Source: a virus (Duplodnaviria > Caudoviricetes). From it: a stretch of DNA of 46,422 nt. Where the stretch lies: positions 1-46,422 of the IMG/VR virus record IMGVR_UViG_3300042921_000092; one strand, given 5' to 3'. The notes beneath the pieces are model-generated. The model was not told where the DNA came from, did not search any database, and saw nothing but the letters and a program-made list of their open reading frames with translations. Position 1 is the first letter of the stretch. Every line of letters starts with the position of its first letter. Positions 1-9,090 of this stretch are shown here, piece by piece. The position numbers and the translations under genes are program-made.

Positions 1-324
1 TTATGCGGCCTTGTTTTCCAGATTTTGCGCCGTTTTCTGGTTTCGTGCTGTCAGAAGTTCCTCGGTCGACATTTCGGACATGCGGGCGTCAACAGGGCCG
101 TCGCAAGTTTGGCCGAACTGTTCCTTCTCGTATTTCCGCAGCGCTTCAATGCTGTATCGAACTTTTCCCATGACTCGGACAACAGCCTGTTGCGGGCCTT
201 CGCCATTCGACCGCCAGCATGCAAAAGTTTTGACCGATATCGGTTTGTCGCCGGATCCGGTAATGCCAACAGCGGCCCAGCGGTCGGCGACCTGTTTGGC
301 GGAAAGGAATAGAAGGTTGCTCAT
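1..324 (-). CDS. Excisionase-like helix-turn-helix protein
   Basis: MSNLLFLSAKQVADRW...SVKTFACWRSNGEGP...GKVRYSIEALRKYE resembles MerR/HTH_17 phage Xis; ATG at 324 overlaps upstream TGA (ATGA). Confidence 0.7.
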   Translation of the reverse strand: MSNLLFLSAKQVADRWAAVGITGSGDKPISVKTFACWRSNGEGPQQAVVRVMGKVRYSIEALRKYEKEQFGQTCDGPVDARMSEMSTEELLTARNQKTAQNLENKAA

Positions 325-2057
325 GCTGATCTCTCCATTGGCGCGAATATGGTACTTTTTTCGACGTTGGCGCGAACCAATGCCGCTGCTAGGGGCGGGC
401 AGACCGAGTTGCCGCATTTGGCGACCTGCTGGCTTTTGGAAAACTTGAACCCGTCGCGATCGCCGATCCTGTAGTCGGATGGGAAGCCTTGCGCGGCGTA
501 AAGTTCCCGAGGCGATAGCATCCGCATCCCGATGTCAATGATCTGGAAAAGCTCACCCTTGATCATGACCAGCCCGAAGCGGTCATTTGCCGTCACGGTA
601 TCAAGCGGTTCCTTGCAGTCCTGCCCGACGGCGGTTCCGTAGTATTTCATGAGGAAGGCGCGAACCTCGCCAACGTGATTTCCGCCTGCTGTGATCGTTG
701 GGGTGGGCTCGGTCACTGGTTGGCCGTCCTTGCAGGTCCCGCGCAGTTTTACCAAGTGGGACGCGCAAGCAAGCGCCATTCCGCCGCCCTTCGGTGTGGC
801 CGTTATCGTTCGAAGCGGCTCGTCTGCAGGCATCGTTCCATTGATCTTGCTGGCATGCTGGATGTGCTGGATGAACGGTTGAACAAGCCCAAATCGATTC
901 TCGGTGGTTTGCGTTGGAAGAGCGTCTCCCATATCGACGCCACGGGTTTCGCCTTCGCGCTTTTGACCATAGTAAGTTTGGATGAAAGGCGCGGCGATGT
1001 CAGTGGTGAGGTGGCTATCAATCGCGCCGCTGTGTTCATGTCCGCACCATTCACAGGTGGGCCACCAAGTTTCGCCATTTTCCTCGCCGCAGTTTTCGCA
1101 TTTGAAATCGCGATAACGTTCAATCTTTGTTTCGACCAGCCCGTGTCCGTCCCGTGCGGCGGTGACCGTCATGAACGGGTCGTTTACACCTTGCCCGCGG
1201 AATCGGTCGCCGCCGTGATTTACCGTGACAACAAAGGGTTCCTTGGCGTCAAAGACGAATTTATGCAATCCGCGATAGATACGCTTCATTGTGTTGTCTT
1301 TGAGCGGGCGTTTCAGACGCAGCTTTTTCGCCTCAACCGGGTCCATGAATATCGACGGGCAGGGCAATGACCAGTCGATAATATCGGCGGCAACCGGCCA
1401 AGGTTTGAGTTTCTTGGCCTTTACTTCCGGTGATCCCGGTTTGCCGTGGGTTGGTTCCGGCCAGATGATCGGTTCGCCGTCGCACCTGGCTATCACAAAC
1501 ACGCGCTTACGAATTGTTGGGGTGCCATAGTCGCAGGCGCGCAACACGCGATATTCGACGGTGTATCCAAGGCTCTCAAGCTCGGCTTTCCATTTTTCGA
1601 ATATCTCGCCTTTACGCTGTTTGCAGGGTTGGCCTTCCTCGGTCAGCGGTCCCCAATCGATCCATTCCTCGACATTTTCAAGCATGATAATTCGTGGCTT
1701 CACTTCTCTGGCCCAATCAATGACTACCCATGCCAGCCCCCGGATTTTCTTCGACCGGGGCTTGCCGCCCTTGGCCTTGCTGTGATGGGTGCAGTCCGGT
1801 GAAAACCACGCCAGTTTGACGCGGCGCCCCTTGCATACGGCTTTCGGATCAACCGCAAAGACATCCTCGCAAAGATGCTCGGTGTGCGGGTGATTGGCTT
1901 TATGCATCGTGACCGCATTGGCGTCATGGTTGATCGCGATCGTGACGGGGCATCCCAGTGCCATTTCGATGCCGGTGCTGGCGCCGCCGCCACCTGCAAA
2001 GTTATCGACGATGATTTCAGTGTCGAGGCTCCATTGGTGTGGTTGCATAAAGCTCAT
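321..2057 (-). CDS. DNA (cytosine-5)-methyltransferase
   Basis: Motif I DNFAGGGGAS, catalytic SPDC, ENV (motif VI), RKR (VIII), GNSV (X); start set at the ATGA overlap. Confidence 0.95.
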   Translation of the reverse strand: MSFMQPHQWSLDTEIIVDNFAGGGGASTGIEMALGCPVTIAINHDANAVTMHKANHPHTEHLCEDVFAVDPKAVCKGRRVKLAWFSPDCTHHSKAKGGKPRSKKIRGLAWVVIDWAREVKPRIIMLENVEEWIDWGPLTEEGQPCKQRKGEIFEKWKAELESLGYTVEYRVLRACDYGTPTIRKRVFVIARCDGEPIIWPEPTHGKPGSPEVKAKKLKPWPVAADIIDWSLPCPSIFMDPVEAKKLRLKRPLKDNTMKRIYRGLHKFVFDAKEPFVVTVNHGGDRFRGQGVNDPFMTVTAARDGHGLVETKIERYRDFKCENCGEENGETWWPTCEWCGHEHSGAIDSHLTTDIAAPFIQTYYGQKREGETRGVDMGDALPTQTTENRFGLVQPFIQHIQHASKINGTMPADEPLRTITATPKGGGMALACASHLVKLRGTCKDGQPVTEPTPTITAGGNHVGEVRAFLMKYYGTAVGQDCKEPLDTVTANDRFGLVMIKGELFQIIDIGMRMLSPRELYAAQGFPSDYRIGDRDGFKFSKSQQVAKCGNSVCPPLAAALVRANVEKSTIFAPMERSA

Positions 2058-3094
2058 GCTGCTGCCCTCGGCCAATTGTTGTGCTGTATGCCGTCAAGTT
2101 CGCGACCGGCTGCTTTTTTGGTTGTGCGGTAAAGTTGCAATCCCGGCCCGCCTTTATTTTCGGCCTGTCCGGGGCCAATCGTGCCATCCGGCCACGCCAC
2201 AAGGTGATGCGCTGCAGTGATGACCGGCGCGCCGTTTAACAAAGGTGCGGTGTTTCCCCATTGTTTGAAGAAAAACGGGACATTCGCAGCTTTGCATTGA
2301 TCGCGCAGGGATCGCGCCCATTCCGGGTGCATGGGGTTGGCTTTGTTGCCGCTTTCGCCGCCGCAAATCACCCAATCGAGCATGGCAATGTTTGGCTGGG
2401 GGCCACCGACGGCATCGCAATACCTCAAGAATTCGGCCCTATCTTTGGTCCATCTTCCTATGTCTATCGATCCAAGCAACGGTTCCGCGCTGATGAACCG
2501 CAACTCTGCCGGTGTGTTCAATAAGATAGGGATGCGCTCGTTGGCTGTTGCCTGATCTTCGACGCTGACGCCGAGCCAGACATTGGGAAGGGGCCAGATG
2601 CCGTCCTGATCCGGGCACATGTAGCAGGTCGAATGCGGCTCGACGGATCGCATGATTTTCCCGATGCGGCGCGTGGTTTCCTCGCTTCGGAGGTATTCCT
2701 GTGCGCGGGCAGGGCGTTTGGTCAGGACCATAAAGGTCTGCCCGACGCAAAGGGCCATGTGTGCAAATATCTGATCGAGCCAGTCGTCGGGATGCAATTC
2801 TAAAAACAGGTCGGTCATGCTGCAGACAAATGCCGTGCGCGGCTTTTTCCAGTGCATCGGCTCACGCAGCCTTCCTTTATCAAGGAAAAGTTCAACCTGA
2901 TCTGCGTCCTGCTTGGCATAGCGGATCGGGTTTTTGAAACGCGGCTGGAAGTTGGCCGCGTAGCAATTATTGCAACCCTTCGAAACCTTGGTGCAGAAAT
3001 GGCCGATGCCGCCGGTTTTCTTGTTCCGTGCCTTGACAGGGTTCCATCTTTCGCCCTTGGTGCCCGGGCGATGGGTCCATTCAATCTTGGTCAT
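2054..3094 (-). CDS. DUF5131 / phage Gp37-Gp68 family protein (radical-SAM-like)
   Basis: MTKIEWT..WNPV, CTKVSKGCNNCYA, FVCSMTDLF, LTKRP, NVWLGVSVEDQ, RFISAEPLL, DWVICGGESG, FFFKQWG. Confidence 0.93.
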   Translation of the reverse strand: MTKIEWTHRPGTKGERWNPVKARNKKTGGIGHFCTKVSKGCNNCYAANFQPRFKNPIRYAKQDADQVELFLDKGRLREPMHWKKPRTAFVCSMTDLFLELHPDDWLDQIFAHMALCVGQTFMVLTKRPARAQEYLRSEETTRRIGKIMRSVEPHSTCYMCPDQDGIWPLPNVWLGVSVEDQATANERIPILLNTPAELRFISAEPLLGSIDIGRWTKDRAEFLRYCDAVGGPQPNIAMLDWVICGGESGNKANPMHPEWARSLRDQCKAANVPFFFKQWGNTAPLLNGAPVITAAHHLVAWPDGTIGPGQAENKGGPGLQLYRTTKKAAGRELDGIQHNNWPRAAA

Positions 3095-3477
3095 GCGGCA
3101 TCCTCCAGCGGGAGTATCTGGCTAAAATCAATGTCAGGAGTGAAAAAGCCGAGCATACCCTTGCAAGGCAGGGGATTGATCAGGCGCGGGTTGCGCAGAA
3201 CAAAGCCATAGGGGCCGTGGAACCAATCGCTGTCCATGTCGGATACGCAGTCGACAATCTCGACGATGCCAACAATGGCGCCGAACGTTTCGTGCGGATG
3301 GTCGATCAGGAAGCTGCGTTTGTCGGCTGCAGGGCCGTCAAAGGACTTGCTGGAATGGATCAGGGCATCGCCGCGATAATTGGTTTCCCATTTCCGGTTT
3401 TCGACATCCTTACCGTCATGGAAAATGTGGTACGCCCATGGCTGGCGGATCGAGAGAGCTTTGGTTGCGGGGGTCAT
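3091..3477 (-). CDS. ASCH domain protein
   Basis: KALSIRQPWA..GKDVENRKW.T.YRG.ALIHS, PCKG.LGFF typical of phage ASCH; ATGA overlaps at both ends. Confidence 0.9.
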   Translation of the reverse strand: MTPATKALSIRQPWAYHIFHDGKDVENRKWETNYRGDALIHSSKSFDGPAADKRSFLIDHPHETFGAIVGIVEIVDCVSDMDSDWFHGPYGFVLRNPRLINPLPCKGMLGFFTPDIDFSQILPLEDAA

Positions 3478-3740
3478 TGTTCGTCCGCCTCCTTGAATTT
3501 GCATTCGACAACCTGGCTTGCGGTTATGCTTGCCATGATGTCGCTGCCAGCAAGAAATTCTTCGGTGTCGATCGCGGTTTTCAGATATCCAAAGGGCTCC
3601 GCAAGCTCGCTTGCCTCATAATCGGCCAGACTTGGCAGTTCTTCGGGGAGTTCTTCGATCAGATTGGCGGTTTCTTCGCGGGCGTCGTCGGAAAGGTCCT
3701 CAAATTCAACTTCGAGGGTTACGATAAGGGTGCGTTTCAT
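3474..3740 (-). CDS. Hypothetical acidic protein
   Basis: 88 aa ORF with ATGA overlaps on both sides. Confidence 0.75.
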   Translation of the reverse strand: MKRTLIVTLEVEFEDLSDDAREETANLIEELPEELPSLADYEASELAEPFGYLKTAIDTEEFLAGSDIMASITASQVVECKFKEADEQ

Positions 3741-4411
3741 GCCGCCACCTCGTCGATCTGCAGGGCGTCGATGATTTCTTTCGCGTCTGCTGGGGATACT
3801 CTGAGGGACCGGTTGATCGCGTTTGTGAGGCGTCTTGCCTCGGTCATGGTTTGGCGCGCTGGAATGAGGCTTCCGGCGTCGATGCTCCGCCCTTCTTCCT
3901 TGAGGGCTGCGCAGATCGGAAACATGTCGTTGGCGTTTATTGCGCCGGGGTAAAAGGCGACTTTGTAATCACTGGCATCCTGAATGCGATGGCCATAAAG
4001 CAATTCACTCGGCCAGATCGCATTTGCCAGCCGGTCTAGGGTTTTGCCGATCCGGTTTTTAATTCCTGCTATATCGCTATCGCGGATGCTATCCGGGTCG
4101 CAGGTTATGATCGTAAGGTCGTTCATGAAACAGATATAGCGTGCTTGGTCGCTGGCCTTGCCGCGCAAGTCGATTTGATCTGCGTAGAGGTTGAACAGTT
4201 CAACTCCAGAATAAAAATCGTCGAGGTTGTCAGTTGTAATTTGATGAATGGCGTCAAGCTGATCAAAAAGTGCCGCAACCGGATCTGTCTTGATCATTCG
4301 CTGGCATGCGCGGATTTTAAAATCCAGCGCGATGCTTTGATCTTGCAGTTCAGCAAGGGAGCGTTTGGCTTCTTCATATGCAACTGCATTCTGTTCAAAA
4401 ATATCGGGCAT
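3737..4411 (-). CDS. Hypothetical protein
   Basis: 224 aa ORF, RBS AAGGA upstream, coupled to the next gene. Confidence 0.75.
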   Translation of the reverse strand: MPDIFEQNAVAYEEAKRSLAELQDQSIALDFKIRACQRMIKTDPVAALFDQLDAIHQITTDNLDDFYSGVELFNLYADQIDLRGKASDQARYICFMNDLTIITCDPDSIRDSDIAGIKNRIGKTLDRLANAIWPSELLYGHRIQDASDYKVAFYPGAINANDMFPICAALKEEGRSIDAGSLIPARQTMTEARRLTNAINRSLRVSPADAKEIIDALQIDEVAA

Positions 4412-4507
4412 GGTTCTGTCCTTGTTCCGGGTTTCTCGTCGCGGAGAACGGCGGGTTGGGTGCCGGTGGGGAAACCGGCTTGCCCGCCGTTCTGCGGAAC
4501 GAGGCGG

Positions 4508-4702
4508 CTAGGCCGCGTCGTCCTGATTGGTGGCCCGAAGGCTGACCCGTCTGATAAATTCATCGCGGTTGATGGGCGCACCGGGAAAGCGTTCGATATA
4601 GGTGTCGAGGCTTTCAAATGCCTTGCGCAGCGCGGTTGCGGCTTCGATTTCGGCGACAAGCAGGATTTCATCGCCGCGCATGTGGGGGTGGTTGTTGCTC
4701 AT
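4508..4702 (-). CDS. Hypothetical protein
   Basis: 64 aa ORF coupled by ATGA to the HD gene. Confidence 0.65.
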   Translation of the reverse strand: MSNNHPHMRGDEILLVAEIEAATALRKAFESLDTYIERFPGAPINRDEFIRRVSLRATNQDDAA

Positions 4703-5307
4703 GCCGCCATGTCCTGAATGAAGATCGGCAAGGTTACCTGAATGCGGTTGGCAAACAGGTGCTGGGCTTCGTCGGCGGTCATCGGCTGGACCTTGGTGGT
4801 CAGGGGGCGAATATTCGGGTCGCCGACCTGCTCGGGCAGGTTGTCGCGGCTTTCGGTTGCCAAGGCGATCTGATCGGCGCGCTTGATTTCCCGGGCGATG
4901 TGATCAGGGACCGGCCATTGCAAACCGGCGGCGGTATGAATCGCCTCGTCAACCATTTCCTCGATGATCTCGCGGCCCATGCGGACATTGTGGAAGTTCT
5001 GCAGCTCGTTGCGGACATGGATCGGGAATTGCGCAAAGAACGCTTCGTACTCGGCGTCCTTTTCCGGGGTGCTGGTGTCGCCGGTAATGTATTCCTTGGC
5101 GTCGTGGATCAGGGCATAGGGCTCGGCCTCTGCGCTGACCAGATCGGCGACAATCACGGAATGCTGCGCGACCGGGATTTTGGTGTGCCCGGTATAGCGG
5201 TTGATGTTTGAGAGGGCGTAGCAGACATCCGGCCAATAGATATCCGATGTCTTGGGGGCCAGAAGGTCGATTTTGCGGCCCGACATGGTTAAAACAATCG
5301 TGGTCAT
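4699..5307 (-). CDS. HD-domain phosphohydrolase (YfbR/YfdR-like)
   Basis: ALSNINRYTGH, PVAQHS, LIHDAKEYITGD, IKRADQIALATE. Confidence 0.88.
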   Translation of the reverse strand: MTTIVLTMSGRKIDLLAPKTSDIYWPDVCYALSNINRYTGHTKIPVAQHSVIVADLVSAEAEPYALIHDAKEYITGDTSTPEKDAEYEAFFAQFPIHVRNELQNFHNVRMGREIIEEMVDEAIHTAAGLQWPVPDHIAREIKRADQIALATESRDNLPEQVGDPNIRPLTTKVQPMTADEAQHLFANRIQVTLPIFIQDMAA

Positions 5308-5365
5308 TTGGGTGCCTTTCGGGGTTTCCGGCGGCGCAATTGCCGCCGGGAAATACGTACCTGGC

Positions 5366-6316
5366 CTATTCGGACTGGCCGATGAAAAGTGGAAGGTTGG
5401 TTTCGGCCTTCACCTTTGCGCAGCCTTCGTCAAAGGCGTGGTTCACGATCAGTTCGGTGCGGTGAAGCAAAAACTTCCAAAGCAGCTTTTGTCCGTCTTT
5501 GCGGAACCGTAGGCGAACCGGGATCAGATAGTTCGCGCCGTTCTTGAAAACCGGGATGTTGATCAGCAATAGGTCGGGTACCACCAGTTTGCCGCCTTCG
5601 GTGTTCTTGTGTTCGTTGCTGAATGTCAGGGCCATTTCGCCGGTGGCGAGGCTTTGGCGATGCTGCAGGGTTTCTTCCGTCCGGATGCTCAAGCCCCGCG
5701 AAAGTTCCAGAATCCCGCTCGGCCCGGTAAATTTGCTGCCGAGTGTCGAGACAAGGTTAAGCAGGTGTTTTTCGAATTCGGTCAGGTCGGGCTTGCTGTC
5801 AAAGGCGGGTGGGGCGGCAACGTCAATAATGTGCTCTTCCAGAAACTCGGCGAAATCGTTCTGGCTGAGCCATTCATCGTCCATCGCCATCCATGCTTTC
5901 CATTCGTCGGAAACCGGGAAGCGGTATGTGCATTTGTGTTTCATGAAGCGCGGTGTGCCGTCCTTCGCTTCTGCCGGGTCGTGGTAGTCAAAGACAGTGG
6001 TCAGTGAAAGGTCGGCTTGTTCGGCGTTGCAGATGCCAAATACAGCGCTGTAGTCGCTTTTGAACCGGTTTGTCATGGCGACAAAGCTGTCAAGATTCTG
6101 CATCGTGCTGGTGCCTTCGCGGCGCTTCGGATGGTCGCGGGCTTCGTCGATAAACCGTGTGATGCTGCTTGCGTTGCGGCCTTCCGGCAGAATCATAACC
6201 GGGACCTTGATCCCGTCATGGCTGAGTTCAACAAGCTTGTGATCGCCGAATTTGGCGGTCAGCTTGTGCGCGGCCTCGGTTTCAGTCTGGAAAGATGTTT
6301 TTGCTTCGGTGGTCAT
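5366..6316 (-). CDS. DUF2303 (YfdQ-like) protein
   Basis: VFDYH..P.F.KH, SDEWKAW, LSQNDFAEFLEEH, IPVF..G..Y.IPVRLRFR. Confidence 0.85.
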   Translation of the reverse strand: MTTEAKTSFQTETEAAHKLTAKFGDHKLVELSHDGIKVPVMILPEGRNASSITRFIDEARDHPKRREGTSTMQNLDSFVAMTNRFKSDYSAVFGICNAEQADLSLTTVFDYHDPAEAKDGTPRFMKHKCTYRFPVSDEWKAWMAMDDEWLSQNDFAEFLEEHIIDVAAPPAFDSKPDLTEFEKHLLNLVSTLGSKFTGPSGILELSRGLSIRTEETLQHRQSLATGEMALTFSNEHKNTEGGKLVVPDLLLINIPVFKNGANYLIPVRLRFRKDGQKLLWKFLLHRTELIVNHAFDEGCAKVKAETNLPLFIGQSE

Positions 6317-6353
6317 CGTGATGTTCCGTTGCTTCGGGTTGGGTGTTTGCGCC

Positions 6354-6710
6354 TTAAACGGCGCGGGTTTCGGATTCCGGCGCGTTTACGTCCTTGAACA
6401 TGTCGCGCTGGCGCGGGTTCTGGCGGCAAAGGTTGCCGTTTTCATCCGGCCAAAGGATCGACTGACTGCGCGGTGATACCGGCAGGGTGGTGTCGGTATT
6501 GGCGCTGACTTCGATCACGCCGCCTTTAAGCCCGAATTTCAGTTTCAGGCTAAGTGCGGCTTTGGGTGATCCGCCGTGGTTGATGACGTGGTTCTGCAGG
6601 GCCTTGGTAATTTCGGTGATCTGATCGGTCAGGTCGCTGTGAAGCTGGCCTTCCTCAAGCGATTGAATGAGGGTGCCAAAGCTTTTGAGTTCGCCGTTGT
6701 GGTTCGACAT
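6354..6710 (-). CDS. YfdP-like phage protein
   Basis: 118 aa, ends ..DENGNLCRQNPRQRDMF, usual partner upstream of DUF2303. Confidence 0.7.
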   Translation of the reverse strand: MSNHNGELKSFGTLIQSLEEGQLHSDLTDQITEITKALQNHVINHGGSPKAALSLKLKFGLKGGVIEVSANTDTTLPVSPRSQSILWPDENGNLCRQNPRQRDMFKDVNAPESETRAV

Positions 6711-6738
6711 TGAACCGTCTCCTATGGTCTGGGGTTGA

Positions 6739-7131
6739 TTAAGCCGCTGCCGGTGGGAAGTCGTCCGGGTTTTGAGGGTCCAGTTCGGAAAGGCGGCAAT
6801 GGTCGAGAAAAGCCCATGATTGGCCAGCAGGGACGTCGCGGGCAGCGCATGGTTTTTCTTCGGAAATGGGCTGGAAAATTGCGTGGGTGCGGACCTGGCG
6901 ACGCGAAATCCAGATTTTGTTGCCGGCCTGCGGGTGGTTTGATTTTTCCTCGACCTTCACCATCATTTGCCCGGACGGCAGGGCGACGATGACCTCGCCC
7001 GCGCCCATCTTGCCGTCGCGGATAAAGATCAGGGTCGATCCCGGTGCGGGCATAACGGCCAGATTGGCGATCTGCTGGCGGATTGGGATCACGGTCGGAG
7101 ATTTCGGGAATTGGGTCACGGATGCGGTCAT
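6739..7131 (-). CDS. Hypothetical protein
   Basis: 130 aa, GGAGG RBS, ATGA overlap. Confidence 0.7.
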   Translation of the reverse strand: MTASVTQFPKSPTVIPIRQQIANLAVMPAPGSTLIFIRDGKMGAGEVIVALPSGQMMVKVEEKSNHPQAGNKIWISRRQVRTHAIFQPISEEKPCAARDVPAGQSWAFLDHCRLSELDPQNPDDFPPAAA

Positions 7132-7352
7132 GCTGCCGTCCTCCGGTTATTATTTGCTGTGATGGCGTCCTTGAGTTTCTGGCGGCTGGCCTGCAGACCG
7201 GTTTCGATCTGTTCGGCGGTGTGGTCATCGATCTGGATCGACAGGTCGCCAAAGCGAAGGGTGATGATGCCGCTAAAGCCGTTGGCGCCGTGGCTGATGG
7301 CCTCGGTGATGACCGGCTTTGCGTCGTGCTGGGTCATGATCATCAATGACAT
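7128..7352 (-). CDS. Hypothetical protein
   Basis: MSLMIMTQ.. 74 aa with GGAAAGGG RBS; alternative GTG start at 7469. Confidence 0.65.
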   Translation of the reverse strand: MSLMIMTQHDAKPVITEAISHGANGFSGIITLRFGDLSIQIDDHTAEQIETGLQASRQKLKDAITANNNRRTAA

Positions 7353-7465
7353 ATCAATGACCCTTTCCCGGTTTGTGCCGTGGTTCGGGGTCGTCCCACA
7401 TCGCACGCAGGAATGCGTCGATATGGTCTTTCCAGTTTTCAAGGCATTTGTGAAAGCTGCGCATG

Positions 7466-7696
7466 TCACTGGCTCCCGTCCGGTCGCCGCACAAGGCGGG
7501 TGATGGCGGGGCGTGACGGGCGCGGGCGAATGATCGCGGTGTTGGGCGACATCATGCTTTGCGCTGCGATGGTCAGAACCAGCAGCGTCATGATCAGCAT
7601 CCAGCCCGGGAAATGCGGGTGGCCGAAATCGGCGATCAGATCGCCGGAGCCCTGATCAAAAGCAAGGGCATTAACGGCGGTGTTTGAAAGAGACAT
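7466..7696 (-). CDS. Hypothetical protein with one hydrophobic segment (first gene of left operon)
   Basis: AAGAGAA RBS, WMLIMTLLVLTIAA segment. Confidence 0.55.
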   Translation of the reverse strand: MSLSNTAVNALAFDQGSGDLIADFGHPHFPGWMLIMTLLVLTIAAQSMMSPNTAIIRPRPSRPAITRLVRRPDGSQ

Positions 7697-7728
7697 GGGC
7701 GCGTTCTCCTTGTTCGGAATGCGCCAAC

Positions 7729-7780
7729 TTTGCAGAAATCGAAAAAATAAGTAAAGATATTTATTTGCTAAAATCGAAAA
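7729..7780. promoter_or_regulatory. Putative leftward early promoter with repressor operators (OL-like)
   Basis: TTTGCAGAAATCGAAAA (7729-7745) and TTTGCTAAAATCGAAAA (7764-7780); minus strand TTTACT-N17-CAAAGT. Confidence 0.6.
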
Positions 7781-7843
7781 ACTAAGGGCGCTTGTTGTTC
7801 TCTCTATGGGATTTTGGTGTGTTGATTGTGCAGTTTTCGACGC

Positions 7844-7871
7844 AAAAAAAATCCCGCCAGGGTGGCGGGAT
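7844..7871 (-). terminator. Intrinsic terminator downstream of cI
   Basis: ATCCCGCCA/TGGCGGGAT stem followed by a T-run on the minus strand. Confidence 0.8.
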
Positions 7872-7897
7872 CGGTTTGTGGTGGGTTGTTAGGTCTT

Positions 7898-8638
7898 TTA
7901 TAGGTCGTGGATTACACGAACTACCCGGCCAACGATTAGTATCTCCCCGTGGGGGAAGATTGTTTCGTGTGTGGGGTTTGTTGAGCAGGGTTCAAGGCGG
8001 GGTGGGTTGTTCTTGAACTGTTTAAAGGTGGCTTCCCCGCCATTGTTGGCGACTACATAGAACTTTTTGTCCACTGGGTCTTTGCGGCTGACATCCACGA
8101 TGATCGTGGATCCTTCTGGCGCGATCAGGTTCATGGAATCGCCGTTGATGCGAAGGGCGAAGCAGCTTTTGGGGTCTACGTCTGCGCACTCTATTGTGTC
8201 GTGCCGGCTTATCTCGTCGATGGCAACGGTTTCTGAGTTGGTGAAGGCGCCCGCTGAGACCCATCCGATGACGGGGACCTTAACGGTTTCTCTTATGTTG
8301 GAGATCAGTTGATATGGCTTGCATCCGAGTGCGTTTGCGAGGCTTTCTAGCCACTTCATGGTTAGTTGTAGGTTGCCATTTTCAAGGCGAGAGATTTGGC
8401 TGGTGGTGCCGTTTACACGCTCTGCCAGCTCGCCTTGCGACCATCCGCGTTTCTTTCTGAATGTTCGGATGTTGTTGGTGGAGAACCTGCTGATGTGGTG
8501 TTCGAGTGCTTCTTGATCTTCAGGGTCTTCTATTTCGCCGCGATCCAGCTTCTCGGCAATTTCGGCGCGTTCGTCCTGTGCTGCTTCAGTGGCGTCCTTG
8601 AGTGCTTTTAGGCGCTTTTCGCGTTCGGTGGTTGGCAT
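7898..8638 (-). CDS. cI: CI/LexA-family phage repressor (HTH + S24 peptidase)
   Basis: HTH RKKRGWSQGELAERVNGTTSQISRLENG; cleavage site VSAG; catalytic GDSM and ATFK. Confidence 0.95.
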   Translation of the reverse strand: MPTTEREKRLKALKDATEAAQDERAEIAEKLDRGEIEDPEDQEALEHHISRFSTNNIRTFRKKRGWSQGELAERVNGTTSQISRLENGNLQLTMKWLESLANALGCKPYQLISNIRETVKVPVIGWVSAGAFTNSETVAIDEISRHDTIECADVDPKSCFALRINGDSMNLIAPEGSTIIVDVSRKDPVDKKFYVVANNGGEATFKQFKNNPPRLEPCSTNPTHETIFPHGEILIVGRVVRVIHDL

Positions 8639-8665
8639 GTTGCTTTCTCCAAATTTGTCGCCACT

Positions 8666-8781
8666 TTTGCAGAAATCCGCAATTTCGTCTTTTCATGAAA
8701 CAGCAAAAATGGAATGCCGAAATCAGCCAATTGGAAATTCGGCCATCTTTTGCACTTGCCTATTATGTCGATATCTGCAAA
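8666..8781. promoter_or_regulatory. cI/cro intergenic operators (OR-like)
   Basis: TTTGCAGAAATCCGCAA (8666-8682) and, on the minus strand, TTTGCAGATATCGACAT (8765-8781) match the OL-like motif. Confidence 0.6.
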
Positions 8782-8790
8782 TTATGGCTT

Positions 8791-9000
8791 ATGAAGCTCA
8801 GTGAATGGCTTAAAGCCACGAAAACCAAAAAGATCGAATTTGCAGCGCGCATCGGGGTTAGTCCTTCGATGGTTACCCGTTTGTGCGATGGAAGTCAGAT
8901 GCCCAATGTTGAGACTGCCCATCGTGTTTGGGCGGCGACTGGCGGGGCTGTCACGCCAAATGACTTCTATGGTTTCGTGATCATCAAAGCTGCTTCGTAA
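8791..9000 (+). CDS. Cro-like HTH regulator
   Basis: MKLSEWLK..EFAARIGVSPSMVTRL..P..ETA....ATGGAVTPNDFY, divergent from cI. Confidence 0.9.
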   Translation: MKLSEWLKATKTKKIEFAARIGVSPSMVTRLCDGSQMPNVETAHRVWAATGGAVTPNDFYGFVIIKAAS

Positions 9001-9090
9001 CTGGCTTCGTGTCTGTTGCCCTGTTGTTGTTTCGATTTATCTCAACCGATGGATCGGGCTCAACTCCCAAATCGGGAAGGTTTGATAGCC

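Noticed and set aside
5328-5349. GC hairpin between DUF2303 and HD genes as a distinct ncRNA
   Set aside because: Single 8-bp stem; an ordinary intra-operon pause or stability hairpin is sufficient explanation
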